62,903 bases of DNA, filler included, from Basidiobolus ranarum (GCA_040143965.1; 56 parts of 56 records of this genome joined end to end with filler, not necessarily neighbours in it), one strand, 5' to 3'. Positions 12,340-24,522 are shown, counted from the whole stretch's first letter. The notes: generated by a model from the sequence alone, not told the origin. A program made the numbers and translations.

Positions 12340-12439
12340 NNNNNNNNNNNNNNNNNNNNNNNNNNNNNNNNNNNNNNNNNNNNTTAATTAATTAANNNNN
12401 NNNNNNNNNNNNNNNNNNNNNNNNNNNNNNNNNNNNNNN

Positions 12440-13468
12440 GATATAAAGCCAGACTTGTGGCTAAAGGATACTCTCAAATGGAAGGAGTGGACTACAATGA
12501 AACTTTTGCTCCTGTAGCAAAGTTTAATTCCATCAGAACCATACTAGCAGTAGCAGCAAAACACAGCTTAAAAATCCATCAAATGGATGTTAAAACTGCT
12601 TTTTTGAATGGGGACTTAAAAGAGGATATATTAATGGATCCACCAGATGGTATTGGGAATCCTGAGCACCCTGAGGATGTGTGTAAGCTACAAAAAACAC
12701 TACATGGACTTAAACAATCACCCAGGGCCTGGTACACTAAGATAGACATATACTTGAAATCACTTGATTTCTAAAAGAGTATGGCAGATATTGGGTTATA
12801 CTTCAAGACAGATAAGGGCAGTAAGGTTATACCTGCCTTTTATTTAGATGATGTGATTATAGCTACCAATAGTGATGAAGCTCACAGGAACACCAAAAGA
12901 GATCTATCAGTCCAATTCAAGAAGATCAATTTGGGTGTTCTTAAATATATTTTGGGCCTGCAGATCCATACAGATATATTGAACCAATCTATTACTCTGA
13001 ATCAATCTAAATACATCTCAGACACTCTCAGACATTACAGTTTTGAAAATTATAAGCCAATAGCAACTCCCATGAATCCAGGTGTGAAACTAGACAAAAA
13101 CCCCATCTAAAATGATAAAAATTGGCCAAATATGGCTTAAAAAATGTCATTTGAAAGCCCCAAGTTCCCTTCTCAATCTATGGTAGGTAGCTTGATATAT
13201 GCTATGACTGGAATCCAGCCAGATATCTCTTTTGCAGTGGGAGTAGTCAGCCAACATGTGCAAAACCAGGGATCTCATCATTATGCAGCAGTTAAGTGGA
13301 TGTTCAGATATTTGAAGGTGACGATTAACACAGGATTAAAGTACATATATTCTGATGAGAATAAGGATCTAATTAGATTTAGCATTGAAGATTGGTGAAG
13401 TGATATTGAGGACAGAAGATTTTTTACCGGATATGCCTTTCTCTATAGTGAAACCACCATATCTTGGA
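12440..13468 (+). mobile_element. Ty1/Copia reverse transcriptase (RVT_2), decayed
   Basis: [36 protein letters not shown] and YLDD. In-frame stops present. Confidence 0.95.
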
Positions 13469-13568
13469 NNNNNNNNNNNNNNNNNNNNNNNNNNNNNNNN
13501 NNNNNNNNNNNNTTAATTAATTAANNNNNNNNNNNNNNNNNNNNNNNNNNNNNNNNNNNNNNNNNNNN

Positions 13569-13954
13569 AATGGTGGGCTTTGATGGAGATATTGACACAA
13601 ACTCATGTTGGGTATGAGGTAAACCTTGGGAATGAAGAACTCTATAAAAATATTCAGGAGAATATATCAAAGAGACTAGGTATTTTGAAGGTGACAAATT
13701 GGCGTTCAAGTGGTAATTGTGTAAAATTTGAGTTACGTGTTTCACACATGTGTTGATCCATAGTTCTCTGAGATTTTAGCCAATCATTCGCAACTATTTT
13801 GCGAAATCTTGAAATTTCTTTCGTGATACTGAAAAAATTGATTAAAATCAAATCTAAATTGACGATTTTATGATGGTAAGTAAACAGTCAATCCCAAATG
13901 GATTAAAATTGTGACGGTTTTCCTATGATAACAATCCTCAAATTTCTGTTAGAG
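13569..13954 (+). mobile_element. CACTA ORF2 3' end and left terminus, nested in another ORF2 copy
   Basis: Ends ...AAATTTCTGTTAGAG (terminal repeat variant) and abuts internal ORF2 sequence. Confidence 0.8.
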
Positions 13955-14597
13955 GCCCAATTACCATTTGCTTGCAAAAGCCCAGGATAAGCCACATGAA
14001 ATAAGTCAAGAACCTTCAGAGTAATGCCTGGTTTTTGGTTTTTCCACAATTGACTCAGATCCAGGTGATTTTGGGCAAGATTCCACACAGTTTCCAAAAT
14101 GTTCAACCACTCATCATCAGAGCAAGTGATGGCAGCTCTGACATTCAAAGTCTTTTGGTTTCCCGCTTTTCCTATGAGATTTCTACTTTCATGCGCCCAA
14201 GCAATTTTTGGTTGTTGTGTAGGCTTAATGGTCTGACACATATTCTGCTCTGCTAGATTGTCATGGTAACATTGATATGTAAGGTGTGGGATTGACTGAA
14301 ATCCAGTATGAGAATGGACGGAGGGAGCAGCATGTTGCTGTAGCTCAAGAACCACATTCTGAAGGTCTTGTATCATTGTTGAGTGACTCTCTAACTGTTG
14401 ACTAGTTGCTTCCAAACGCTGCATTAATTGCGATATTGTGGCGTTATTGCTTGTCATGGCCTGTATAGGAACTTCATAGTTTTGACTTATGATTTCATAC
14501 AAATCATTATGGTGTTCTGCCTGCAATTCCCTTATTGTAATAATTTTATCCAAATTTTCTACGGAGGGTTGTTCAATAGTGGGCAAGGTAGCCATTT
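13955..14597 (-). mobile_element. CACTA ORF2 central fragment (open frame)
   Basis: ORF 13903-14595, truncated by the nested insertion. Confidence 0.85.
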
Positions 14598-14697
14598 NNN
14601 NNNNNNNNNNNNNNNNNNNNNNNNNNNNNNNNNNNNNNNNNTTAATTAATTAANNNNNNNNNNNNNNNNNNNNNNNNNNNNNNNNNNNNNNNNNNNN

Positions 14698-15209
14698 TAA
14701 ACCCCTGGTCGCTTAGAATGCATTGAACTCAACACTCCTTTATAAACAAAGCTGCTTCCTTTACAGGAAGTGTAGTGAGTCAACTAATGTCTTCAGTTAA
14801 CAAAGAGTCCATAACAAAAGTGTCATCTTCTTCTTCAACTGCTGATATACTACCATTGGTACTGGAATAACAAAGGTCAACATCTAGAAGCAAGTCCTCA
14901 AAGTTGTCTGGACTTACTGGTTTGACCAAAGTTGCATTTTGACCTACATCATTCTGGTCATATAGCTGTGGTAACTCCACAGTATCTTGACTTTTGGCTG
15001 CGTTACCAAAACTTTGAGGCAAACTACAGTTGGTGGACTCAATGGGCAAAACTAAAGTTGATTTAGTGGACTTATTACTGTGGTTATACACCAGGCTTTG
15101 TACAGTGACCATGCTTGGGATTATTTTTTCTATGAAGCCTCTGGGTTTCATAGCACAAGAATTTGTGACAATAATAGCAGGGCTTCTTTAAATGTTTGCG
15201 TTGCAGCAT
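14698..15209 (-). mobile_element. CACTA transposase N-terminal fragment
   Basis: ATG at 15209 (MLQRKHLKKPCYYC), same family as 44373-44978. Confidence 0.75.
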
Positions 15210-15421
15210 GAGAAGGATATTGTGGGAAAAAGAACACCTCCCACATAAGGGTGGTGTTTTAGGTAGAGCCCATCAATATCATCAGCTGATTCTGAGACAG
15301 TGTCACAGATGATTCTTCAGGGTATTTACAAGATATTTGCCGTAATGGATAGCAATTTTGATTTATTATACACTATTTCTAAGCAATTTCATTACACCAA
15401 GTTTACCATCTGAAAATTTCA
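15210..15421. promoter_or_regulatory. Putative bidirectional promoter between transposase and ORF2
   Basis: 211-212 bp spacer between divergent ATGs, conserved in four contigs (also 36739-36950, 44162-44372, 49100-49311). Promoter function is inferred. Confidence 0.6.
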
Positions 15422-15726
15422 ATGCCATTTACAAGGCATTCAAAATCTAAATCAAAATTGACTTCCAAGCCAAAGCCTGCTGGCACAAAAGGAAGAAAGT
15501 CAGCAAGAACAGAGGACTTAATTGATGAGCAGTCTAGTGATCCACTATCTACTCTAGAAGGCATTAACATGCCAGAAACTAACTCAAGTAATGATGAAGC
15601 ATTAATCAATTCACCAGATGTGTTCCTTTCCAGCAATAGTGCAAATGAAGAGATTGTAATCCCCCAGTTACATAGTAAATCAATAGTTGAGCAAAGTTTA
15701 ACCAAAACACCATCAAGACCATCAAC
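15422..15726 (+). mobile_element. CACTA ORF2 N-terminus
   Basis: MPFTRHSKSKSKLTSKPKPAG..., a basic NLS-like start shared with 36738(-), 44161(-) and 49099(-). Confidence 0.85.
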
Positions 15727-15826
15727 NNNNNNNNNNNNNNNNNNNNNNNNNNNNNNNNNNNNNNNNNNNNTTAATTAATTAANNNNNNNNNNNNNNNNNN
15801 NNNNNNNNNNNNNNNNNNNNNNNNNN

Positions 15827-16478
15827 TCTGTTTGGCCATCAGATTGGGGATGGAAGGCAGTGGAGAGATTGGCAGAGATGCCCAATGTATGGAGGAGACT
15901 TTTCCAGAATTTGGAAGCAAACTGAGGTCCTTGGTCAGAAATGATAGTTTTAGGGAGTTCATGAAGGCAGAAGATGTTTTGAGTTACCAATTCTGCTGTT
16001 TGTTTTGCATCAATTGACTTGCTTCCGGGCACAAAGTGGGCCATCTTTGTTAGACGGTCAACAATTACCAGAATTAAATCATATTTGGCAGACAAGGGTA
16101 GATCAGTTATGAAATCCAGGGAAATGTATTTCCACTGCTGATCATGAATTGGAAGTGGCTGCAGGAGGCCTTGGGGCTGATGTCTAGTAGTCTTCACTCA
16201 AGCACAAGTATCATGGGTGGAAAAATAAGTCTTGACAAATTCAAACATTTTGGGCCACCAATAATCCCTGGATGCCAACATATATGATTTGGCAACACCA
16301 AAGTGTCCTGTTAGTGGTGAGTCATGTCTTTCCTGCATGATTTTGAGTCTGGAAGTGTGGTCTGGAATGTAAAGGCACTTCTTATAAAACATGAGATTGT
16401 TGATGATAGACAAATGGTGATACAGGTTCAAGCTTGAGAGGTCTTTGGGTGCTTCCTGGGCTTTCTTGATTGATAATA
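15827..16478 (-). mobile_element. Ty3/Gypsy integrase fragment
   Basis: HDSPLTGHFG, GLLQPLP, ISLDFITDLP, IVDRLTKMAHF, ISDQGPQF and HPQSDGQT. Confidence 0.95.
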
Positions 16479-16854
16479 CCCCAACAGAAATTTGAGGATT
16501 GTTATTGTAGGAAAACTGTCACAATTTTAATCTTTTTGGGATTGACCATTTACTTACCATCATAAAATTGTCAAGTTAGATTTGATTTTAATCAATTTTT
16601 TCAGTTTCAGGAGTGAAATTCCAAGATCTTGAAAATAGTTGCACATGTTTGGCTACAATCTCAGTGAACTATGGTTCAGCACATGTCGAAAAATTGTCAC
16701 TCAAATTTTACACAACTACCACTTGAATGCTAATTTGTCACCTTTGAAATCCCTAGTCTCTTTGATATATTCTCCGGAATATTTTTATAGTGTTCTTCAT
16801 ACCCAAGGTTTAGCTCATACCCAACATGAGTTTGTATCAATATCTCCATCAAAG
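16479..16854 (+). mobile_element. CACTA left terminus inserted into Gypsy pol
   Basis: Starts CCCCAACAGAAATTTGAGG where Gypsy homology (compare 9280-9310) stops. Confidence 0.8.
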
Positions 16855-16954
16855 NNNNNNNNNNNNNNNNNNNNNNNNNNNNNNNNNNNNNNNNNNNNTT
16901 AATTAATTAANNNNNNNNNNNNNNNNNNNNNNNNNNNNNNNNNNNNNNNNNNNN

Positions 16955-17052
16955 ACTAGTGGCTCTTCTTTGGATTTACGTATAGCTCGAGCCCAAGGGG
17001 ATTCATGTTCATTTATGCTAGACATCTCTTCTTCGCGGTCGTGGCCACGCAT
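16955..17052 (-). CDS. RCF1: HIG1-domain protein, respiratory supercomplex factor 1-like, 5' fragment
   Basis: MRGHDREEEMSSINEHESPWARAIRKSKEEPLV. RK.KEEPLV is the HIG1/Rcf1 N-terminal signature; only 33 codons are visible. Confidence 0.7.
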
Positions 17053-17745
17053 TTTAAAAATATTTCAGTGGTAATTAAGTTTTGGGAGTCAGACTACTCT
17101 GTTTCTTCTAATTTCAAGCGTCTTTACGATACTCAAAAGATGTGGAGCTACAGAAATAATGTACTTGTGCACTAGTTAGAAAAGCTCATCATCCCTATTA
17201 TATAGGAAAATCCCACTTGATTGGATTTCTATTGTTTTGGATCAAAGCTACTTTCCTAGCTCTCACTAACCCTACCCCACCCTAGTAGATAAAATTCAAT
17301 GTGCCACTACATAGAATATCCCTGATTTGAACACTCTTCCATACACATCTACTTTCCACTTGCTAGTTGGGGAAATTCATCATGGTTTAGCTAGCAGTCG
17401 TGCTTACTGACCCAGCAAATAAAACGTGATATGATTTGGTAAATTCTTATACTTTAATTTTGGCTTAAATTGATATTATGAGTGGAAATATGAGGAGGTG
17501 ACTTCAAACAACAGTATAATAGCGAGCAGAATAAGATCAATGTACGGATAAAGAGAAGGAAGAACAAGAGAGAAAGAGTGGATGCCGTTGTTGAATCAAG
17601 ATGTCTTTACACGCACCAATGTTGGAATGCTTGTATTCACCTGATGCACTTTTTGTTTTTGAATGAGAACAGATTCTATGGAGTGGAATATTATGATTTC
17701 AACTAAAAAACGTGAATTGCAGCACGGTGAGTGGAAAACATGGAA

Positions 17746-17981
17746 TTAGGCCATGTTCAAAGAAGCAAGCTGAGCTTGGTATTCAATAACCTAGAGTGAG
17801 GCAGAAAAGTTAGATTAAAATTGAGATGACTATGAATGAAATCTTATGTTACCTCGAGGGCTTGTTTGACTTCAAGGTGGGTTCTGGCTGAAGCAATCCA
17901 ATCCTTGGCAATATTCTTGGGCCAACCTTTTAGTTGGTTGAATTCACGAGCGGCGGTTTCCAAATCGTTCTCTCTAAGGAA
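17746..17981 (-). CDS. MIC60: MICOS subunit Mic60 (mitofilin), 3' fragment with intron 17791-17852
   Basis: [57 protein letters not shown]. 62-nt GT..AG intron with a CTAAC branch site. Confidence 0.9.
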
Positions 17982-18082
17982 GNNNNNNNNNNNNNNNNNN
18001 NNNNNNNNNNNNNNNNNNNNNNNNNNTTAATTAATTAANNNNNNNNNNNNNNNNNNNNNNNNNNNNNNNNNNNNNNNNNNNN

Positions 18083-18843
18083 AATACCTGTATAGTCATA
18101 TATAGCTTAGTACTTAGTTATCTTATAACTCACTATGATATTATCAATTATTCTCAATTGGAATTTACTTAGAATGTTTTTACCCACTTAGAAGTTCTCA
18201 GATATATAGATTTTTCAAACTTGTGCTAGAAGCCCCAAACTTTGCACATATGTTCCTGGGACTTTCCTTAGCATATTCTACATGTTAGTTTGTTTACATC
18301 TTGACAAAACTATAAATGTCATCTTTCTACTCAACAAATCAATAAGTGAAAACCACCAATTCCTCTAATTCTCCAAACCACTTCCAGCAGGATCCCAAAT
18401 ACTTTAACAAAGTAAACTGCTCAAAGACTTGGTGTTTCTCAAAGTTTACCCACCAAAATTTTCAAGGATAATCTCAGTTGTATTTCTTTAGCTAAAAATT
18501 CCAAATTTCATGCTAGAAGTAAGCATATTGACACTCAGCATCACTTTGTTAGGGAAGATATTGAGAATATGCACATCCAACCAGAGTACTGTCCAACTGT
18601 GGGCATGATTGCTGACATCCTTACCAAACCATTACCCAAGACAAAATTTGAAGAATTAAGATATAAGTCAGGATTAAGATATATGTTTATTTAGTTGAGT
18701 GGGAGTGTTGTTGGTTTTGTTTATTATATTTTTTATCTCTATCTTTATACACCTAACTGTTTCATGTAGCACATATAAGTTAGTTAACATTACTTGGGCA
18801 AATATCACTTAACTGCCAATTGGAACATATATTATATATATAT
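18083..18843 (+). mobile_element. Copia LTR-A (to 18409), RNase H end, polypurine tract, LTR-C start (18706)
   Basis: RSKHIDTQHHFVR, ADILTKPL, then GAGTGGGAG followed by TGTTG. Confidence 0.85.
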
Positions 18844-19110
18844 CTCTAACAAAAATAAAATCCATATGATCCGGATCGGATCCACCCTCCGAAATAGCAA
18901 AACCGTTAGAGAACCATCACAATATTGCTGGCTTGCATTCTGCCGGGATTTTGATGGTGAGATGGCGGTTTCTTGACAGTATCTTAATGGTATTCATATA
19001 TGTTAAAATATTGATCCTCAAATTTGGCATGCGTTATTCAATAACCAGCAATTTTTGCAAAAATATAATTTTTGAATGGCAAATTACTGGGTTTACTGCT
19101 GTAGGAATTT
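18844..19110 (+). mobile_element. CACTA right terminus inserted into the TA-rich tract of LTR-C
   Basis: CTCTAACAAAAATAAAATC..., same as 26427 and 59266. Confidence 0.8.
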
Positions 19111-19210
19111 NNNNNNNNNNNNNNNNNNNNNNNNNNNNNNNNNNNNNNNNNNNNTTAATTAATTAANNNNNNNNNNNNNNNNNNNNNNNNNNNNNNNNNN
19201 NNNNNNNNNN

Positions 19211-19610
19211 CTGGCATTTTTGGTCAAATATTGATCTGTTCTAGTCGAGAATCATTGCATATGTGGTACTTCCAAAAGCTCTGAGATTAGCCACATCAGG
19301 TTTACTTCCAAACCAAGCTTGATAAGGTGTCATCACTAATAGAGACCTAGAAGGACATTGAATCCTAGTGTATACTGCAGTTGCAACTGATTCAGCCCAA
19401 GACTGTTTTGGTAAGTCTTGATCATGAAACATAGATCTTGCCTTTTCCATTATTGATCTGTTTGCACATTCTGCTACTCCATTCTGCTGTGGGGAATATG
19501 GCACTGTAGTCTGCTGCTTTATCCCATGTGTAGAGCAGAAGTTTGAGAAGAGTTTTGAGGTATATTCCCCTCCATTATCAGTATGGATAATCTTAATCTT
19601 TAGACCTGTT
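19211..19610 (-). mobile_element. Copia integrase fragment
   Basis: IHTDNGGEY, PQQNGVAE, WAESVATAVY and LRAFG. Confidence 0.92.
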
Positions 19611-20238
19611 TATCACAATAAGGAACTGGACAAGGACTGGGAACAACAACAAGAGGCAAGAAGGCCAGAGAGTAATTGGGTGTAGACCACAAGACAAGAC
19701 AAGACAAGACTGGACAAGAAAGATACTTTGGCAAGAATCTTTATTGATAACTGGTATTGATCAGATTGAGGTCTGATCAAGGAATACATGGGGCTTATAT
19801 AGATATTGCAAGGTGAAACATAATAAACTGAATAGGGAATATACTGTGGCAAGTTCAAGAGTCAGGGTGTTGAGGACTACAAGGACCAATACAAAAAGGG
19901 ATGATGTAAGGATGATCAGGTGACCTTCCGTGGAAGGTCTTGGCAGAAATGCACTATGTGTGGGATGACATGATTGGTAAGGTTTCAAGAAATGTTCCAA
20001 AGAACATGACTTCCATATAAGGAAATTTAGATGAACTAACATAAGATTGCTAAGAAGGGATGGTACAGCAGATATGATGTCATAGTATCATAATAGAAGA
20101 GTTCTATTTGCAGTGGATCAGTATGCTGAGATCAGAATCATGACAGTATCCCCTTGTTTAGTGATGGCTTCCAGACATCATAGGGCCAGGTTTTTCTGGG
20201 TAGGCTTCATGAAACTCCTGGCAAAGTTCCTTGGAATT
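19611..20238 (-). repeat. LTR fragment, same family as 2265-2724
   Basis: Reverse-complement homology to 2265-2724; interrupts Copia integrase. Confidence 0.65.
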
Positions 20239-20338
20239 NNNNNNNNNNNNNNNNNNNNNNNNNNNNNNNNNNNNNNNNNNNNTTAATTAATTAANNNNNN
20301 NNNNNNNNNNNNNNNNNNNNNNNNNNNNNNNNNNNNNN

Positions 20339-20451
20339 ATCAAAATCCCTGGCAGAAAGCAAGCCAACAATATTGTGATGGTTCTCTGACGGTTTTGCTA
20401 TTTCGGAGGGTGGATCCAATCCGGATCAAATCGATTTTATTTTTGTTAGGG
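20339..20451 (-). mobile_element. CACTA right terminus
   Basis: Ends ...GATTTTATTTTTGTTAGGG. Confidence 0.8.
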
Positions 20452-20459
20452 GCATTGAA

Positions 20460-20863
20460 TGTGTAAAGGAAAGTCCTGAAAATGTGTGTGCAAAGTTAGG
20501 GGCTTCTAACACAAGTTTGAAAAAGCTATATATCTGAGAACTTCTAAGTTGGTAGAAATATTCTAAGTAAATTCCAAATAAGAATAATAGATAATATCTT
20601 GGTGAAATGTAAGATATTTCAGTACCAAGCTATGTATGACCATAAAGTTACTTATGCAATTTAATTTCAACACTCTCTCTCAACTAAATAGTCATGTAAA
20701 CTAATCTTAATAAAGGTCCAAATTGCTCAAATATCTCTCTAGCTAATAGTTTGATTAACATATCAGCAAAAATGTCTTCTGTACAATTATAAGTTAAATT
20801 AATAAGATTATTCTCTATCGACCCTCTAATAAAGTGATGTCCAATATCTGTATGTTTGCTTCT
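20460..20863 (-). mobile_element. Copia RNase H end, polypurine tract and 3' LTR (A-like)
   Basis: SKHTDIGHHFIR, ADMLIK and GAGAGAGAG before TGTTGAAATT. Confidence 0.8.
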
Positions 20864-21059
20864 AATAGACTTGTTCCATTTTATTGAGCCAGATGAGGCC
20901 AGCTAAAAAGTGTGCCAGCACAAATTGGCACAATTGGGCACTATATGGCAAAATATTATTTACTGTTTCAGAAATAGTGGTTTTACTCATATGCTATATT
21001 TAGAAAATGTTCTTTTAGACCTTGTTGCACATTCAAAAGATGATGAAAGCATTATTCGT

Positions 21060-21365
21060 AGTGGCTTGGGTCTAGTTCTCTTAATGGATATCTTTTAGTA
21101 GGAGTGTATTGGGAATGAATCAAGATTTTGACCACTTTGCCCAACTTTGATTGAGGCCCACAGAATGATTTTCCACTATATTTCCTGCTATAATGATATA
21201 TCCCTTTAGGAAACCAAAGCTATGTTCTACTCTTGCCCTAAAATGGGAAAAAATGTCATCATAAAGCCTTTACCTCTCTTTAAGTATCTCTCCTCTGCAT
21301 CTTGTGTAAGATGTGGCACATCCTAGCCTTCTGCATTCTTCCCCAACATATGCCAAATCAGCCAT
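21060..21365 (-). pseudogene. PIF/Harbinger-ISL2EU-type (DDE_Tnp_4) transposase C-terminal fragment
   Basis: Manual translation: MADLAYVGEE...RGEILKER*RLYDDIFSHFRARVEHSFGFLK, showing the ADxxY and R..VE..FG.LK motifs. Confidence 0.75.
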
Positions 21366-21869
21366 NNNNNNNNNNNNNNNNNNNNNNNNNNNNNNNNNNN
21401 NNNNNNNNNTTAATTAATTAANNNNNNNNNNNNNNNNNNNNNNNNNNNNNNNNNNNNNNNNNNNNTGTGATATATGAAATAGTTAGGTGTATAAAGATAA
21501 AGATAACAAATATGATAAAGACAATAAACTTCAACACTTATACCATTCTATATGCTAGGTTGCATGTTAGATTATTTTCTTTACTTAAAACCTAATATCC
21601 TACCCAATAGAGACATGCAACTTTTCTTTAGTCAACATAAACAGTGGGCCAAAAATAGACCTGCCGGGTTGGCTTCCATTTGATTTGTTGTCTTAGTATA
21701 CAAAATGATTGAGAGATTTGATATTTTGGCTAACCACAATACCATCACGCTACATGAACTGTATTGGGAAGGTACCCCTTCCAAAAATGATCTATTAACT
21801 ATTGCAAAAGTACATATAAAGTGCATTTTCAGTAGTAGTTCACCATAAGGGAGGGGAATAGGAAGAAAT

Positions 21870-22313
21870 ATAAAGGTAAATGCTACTGGGTGGTAAAGCT
21901 TATTGATTGGCATAGGTATTTGGTGACCTTTAGACAGCCTTGTTCATATGAGTTAATATAGTCTGATGCACCTGGTAAGCCTTATTTTGACATTGAGACC
22001 TCAATCAAGGAGGAAAATCTTACAGAACAAAGGGCAAGGATGCATGCCACATTAATTATGCAACTTTAAAAAGGCACATAATGTTCAGTCTCACTGATCT
22101 GGATCTTGATGTTATATGTTTTCATGCTTGCTCTAAAGCACAGTTTTCACTACACAGCATGTTTCCCAAAATCCTCATGGACAGCATATGAAGTGGGCTA
22201 TAAGTAGGCTTAATGAAAAACTTACAGACATGTTGGCTAATAAAGTAAGTCAGTTGTTTTATATCCCTGGCAACACCAAGTATCAACAAAATTGTCCTTT
22301 AAGAGTTGTTGAT
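21870..22313 (+). pseudogene. Archaeo-eukaryotic primase (PrimPol/viral-type AEP) relic
   Basis: SYELI*SDAPGKPYFDIE (motif I DxE, 21989-21997), QFSLHSMF (motif II SxH, 22147-22155), TDMLANKVSQLFYIPGNTKYQQNCPL (motif III region). Two frameshifts. Confidence 0.7.
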
Positions 22314-22428
22314 ATATCAAATTCCTTGGCAGAATGTAAGCCACCAATATTGTGATGGTTCTCTGATGGTTTTGCAACCCAGAAGGATGGATCCAATCTG
22401 GATCATATTGATTTTATTTTTGTTGAGG
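22314..22428 (-). mobile_element. CACTA right-terminus fragment
   Basis: Homologous to 20339-20451. Confidence 0.75.
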
Positions 22429-22592
22429 TCTAAGACTGTAGGTTGTGGTATATTGATTCTTGAGCCTCTCAACATTGCTCTGATTAAAAAAANNNNNNNN
22501 NNNNNNNNNNNNNNNNNNNNNNNNNNNNNNNNNNNNTTAATTAATTAANNNNNNNNNNNNNNNNNNNNNNNNNNNNNNNNNNNNNNNNNNNN

Positions 22593-23618
22593 CTGCAGAG
22601 AAAGTGTATACATTTAGGGATGTACTGCATGTTCCAGATATTGCCAACAATTTAATATCTTCATGCAAAGCCACCTCTGAAGGGCTAAAATACAATTTTG
22701 ATAAGTCAGGATGTGCGATCACCAATCAAAGTGGGAATTATTTAGCTTTGGGAGAAAAGGATCAGAACATATAAGAACTTATATACAATTCAAGAGGTTT
22801 ATGTGTAAATATAAGTTATTCCAATCAACAAACTATTCAATTATGGCATAAGAGATTTGGCCATATTAGATTTGATTAAGCAATATGATCACAAATTGCC
22901 TAATTTCTGGAATTCAAATCAATCCCCCAACCAAAATGGAAATTTGTGAGATTTATATATATGGAAAATACACCAGGCAACCATTCAAGGGCTCTGGTTT
23001 AATCAAATCTGTCACAAAATTGGATGTAATTCATTCAGATTTGTGTGGACCTATGCAAAATTTATCTTTAGGCAGAAAAAGATATTTAATCATATTTATT
23101 GATGATTATACAAGATATTCTTGGGTCTGCCTGATGGTAAGAAAAGAAGAAGCTCTCTCTATCCTTAGATATTTGAAAACAATTGTGGACACTGACAGTG
23201 GAACTAAAATCTAGAAAATATGTACTGATAAAGGTGGGGAATATAATTCAACATCATCCAAGCACTTTTGCAAAGTTCATGGAATTAAGCAAGATACTAC
23301 TGCCCCCTATTCACTGCAACAAGATGGAGTTGCTGAAAGAGCTAACAGGACTATAATAGAAATGGTAAGAGCTATGATAAGTGCACAAAACTTATCTCAT
23401 AACTTTTGGGTGGAATCTGCTGCTATACCTGTATATCTGAAGAATAGAAATTTTATTTGAAGTCTGTCTAACTCTTCACCATATCAAACTTGGTTTGGAG
23501 TTAAACCTGATGTAAAACATTTGAGGATCTTTGGATGCATTGCATATATCAAAATTATGACCAAAAATTGGTCTAAATTTAATCCAAGAAGTAAGAAAAG
23601 CATATTTCTGTGCTATTG
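22593..23618 (+). mobile_element. Copia pol (GAG-pre-integrase and integrase) fragment
   Basis: LWHKRFGH, IHSDLCGP, FIDDYTR and QDGVAERAN. Confidence 0.93.
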
Positions 23619-23718
23619 NNNNNNNNNNNNNNNNNNNNNNNNNNNNNNNNNNNNNNNNNNNNTTAATTAATTAANNNNNNNNNNNNNNNNNNNNNNNNNN
23701 NNNNNNNNNNNNNNNNNN

Positions 23719-24068
23719 ATATGGGTATCAATATCGCCCAACAATTTTTGAGAATTGTCACCAAGATAGAGTTCATAGGCTTTGGTGAAGGAGAGAACCT
23801 TGTGCTTAATATTGAATACAGGGTTTCCGTGCATATCCATCACCGTTTTTTTCTGTGAAAAGCCACTGAAGAAACGACCATGACACCTGAATAGCACTGT
23901 ACCGTTTGAATCTTTGATTTTGAAGTCATCTCCACTCAGAGAAATCAGCTCTCGGAGGTAAAGGATTGTTGGCTGTTGCGCAATATATTGTGAGCCGATG
24001 ACTCCAACTGGTGGATTCACTAAAACTAGCGGTCGAGGTCCATAAGTATCAGAATATGAATTGCCCAT
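23719..24068 (-). CDS. LURP-one-related (Tubby C-terminal-like) protein, 5' part
   Basis: LYLRELISLSGDDFKIKDSNGTVLFRCHG...KKTVMDMHGNPVFNIKHK, a typical fungal LOR pattern. Open frame with CpG retained. Confidence 0.85.
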
Positions 24069-24522
24069 TGAAGTGATGAATGTTTAGGAAAATACTGTAG
24101 TCCTCAGCTTTTATTTGTTCTTGCTCAAAAGCTTGTACACCAACAATCCCGAATATGTCACCTAGGTGTAGCAAGAGGAAAATTTATCCGTGACAAATTT
24201 ATTAGCTAATATAGCCCAACATGCATTATTCAGGGATGTTTATTCTTCGTGCAGCATAAGAATATGTATATATATCTAAAAAAGCTCGTGAGGAATTCCA
24301 CAAATATAAACACCAAGCTCTTATAACTAGTCATCAAACTTGTATGACGCTAGCTTCTTTTCAGATACAGCTTCCTACATTCCCGTGAATGAAGATACGA
24401 GAGAAGATAGCCTCCAAGAACCGGATTGAGAGGTTACACAAAGATGGAAACTACTATTGTAGAACGTCGAAGATCTTGAGAAGAATCTTTGCGGCAAATA
24501 TTTAAGTAACTAGGTTTCTAAA

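Noticed and set aside
13903-13954. C-terminus NRNLRIVIIGKPSQF of the 230-aa ORF
   Set aside because: It is read-through into the nested element terminus, not a real protein end.
21632-21913. 93-aa minus-strand ORF
   Set aside because: It lies antisense to the better-supported plus-strand primase relic.
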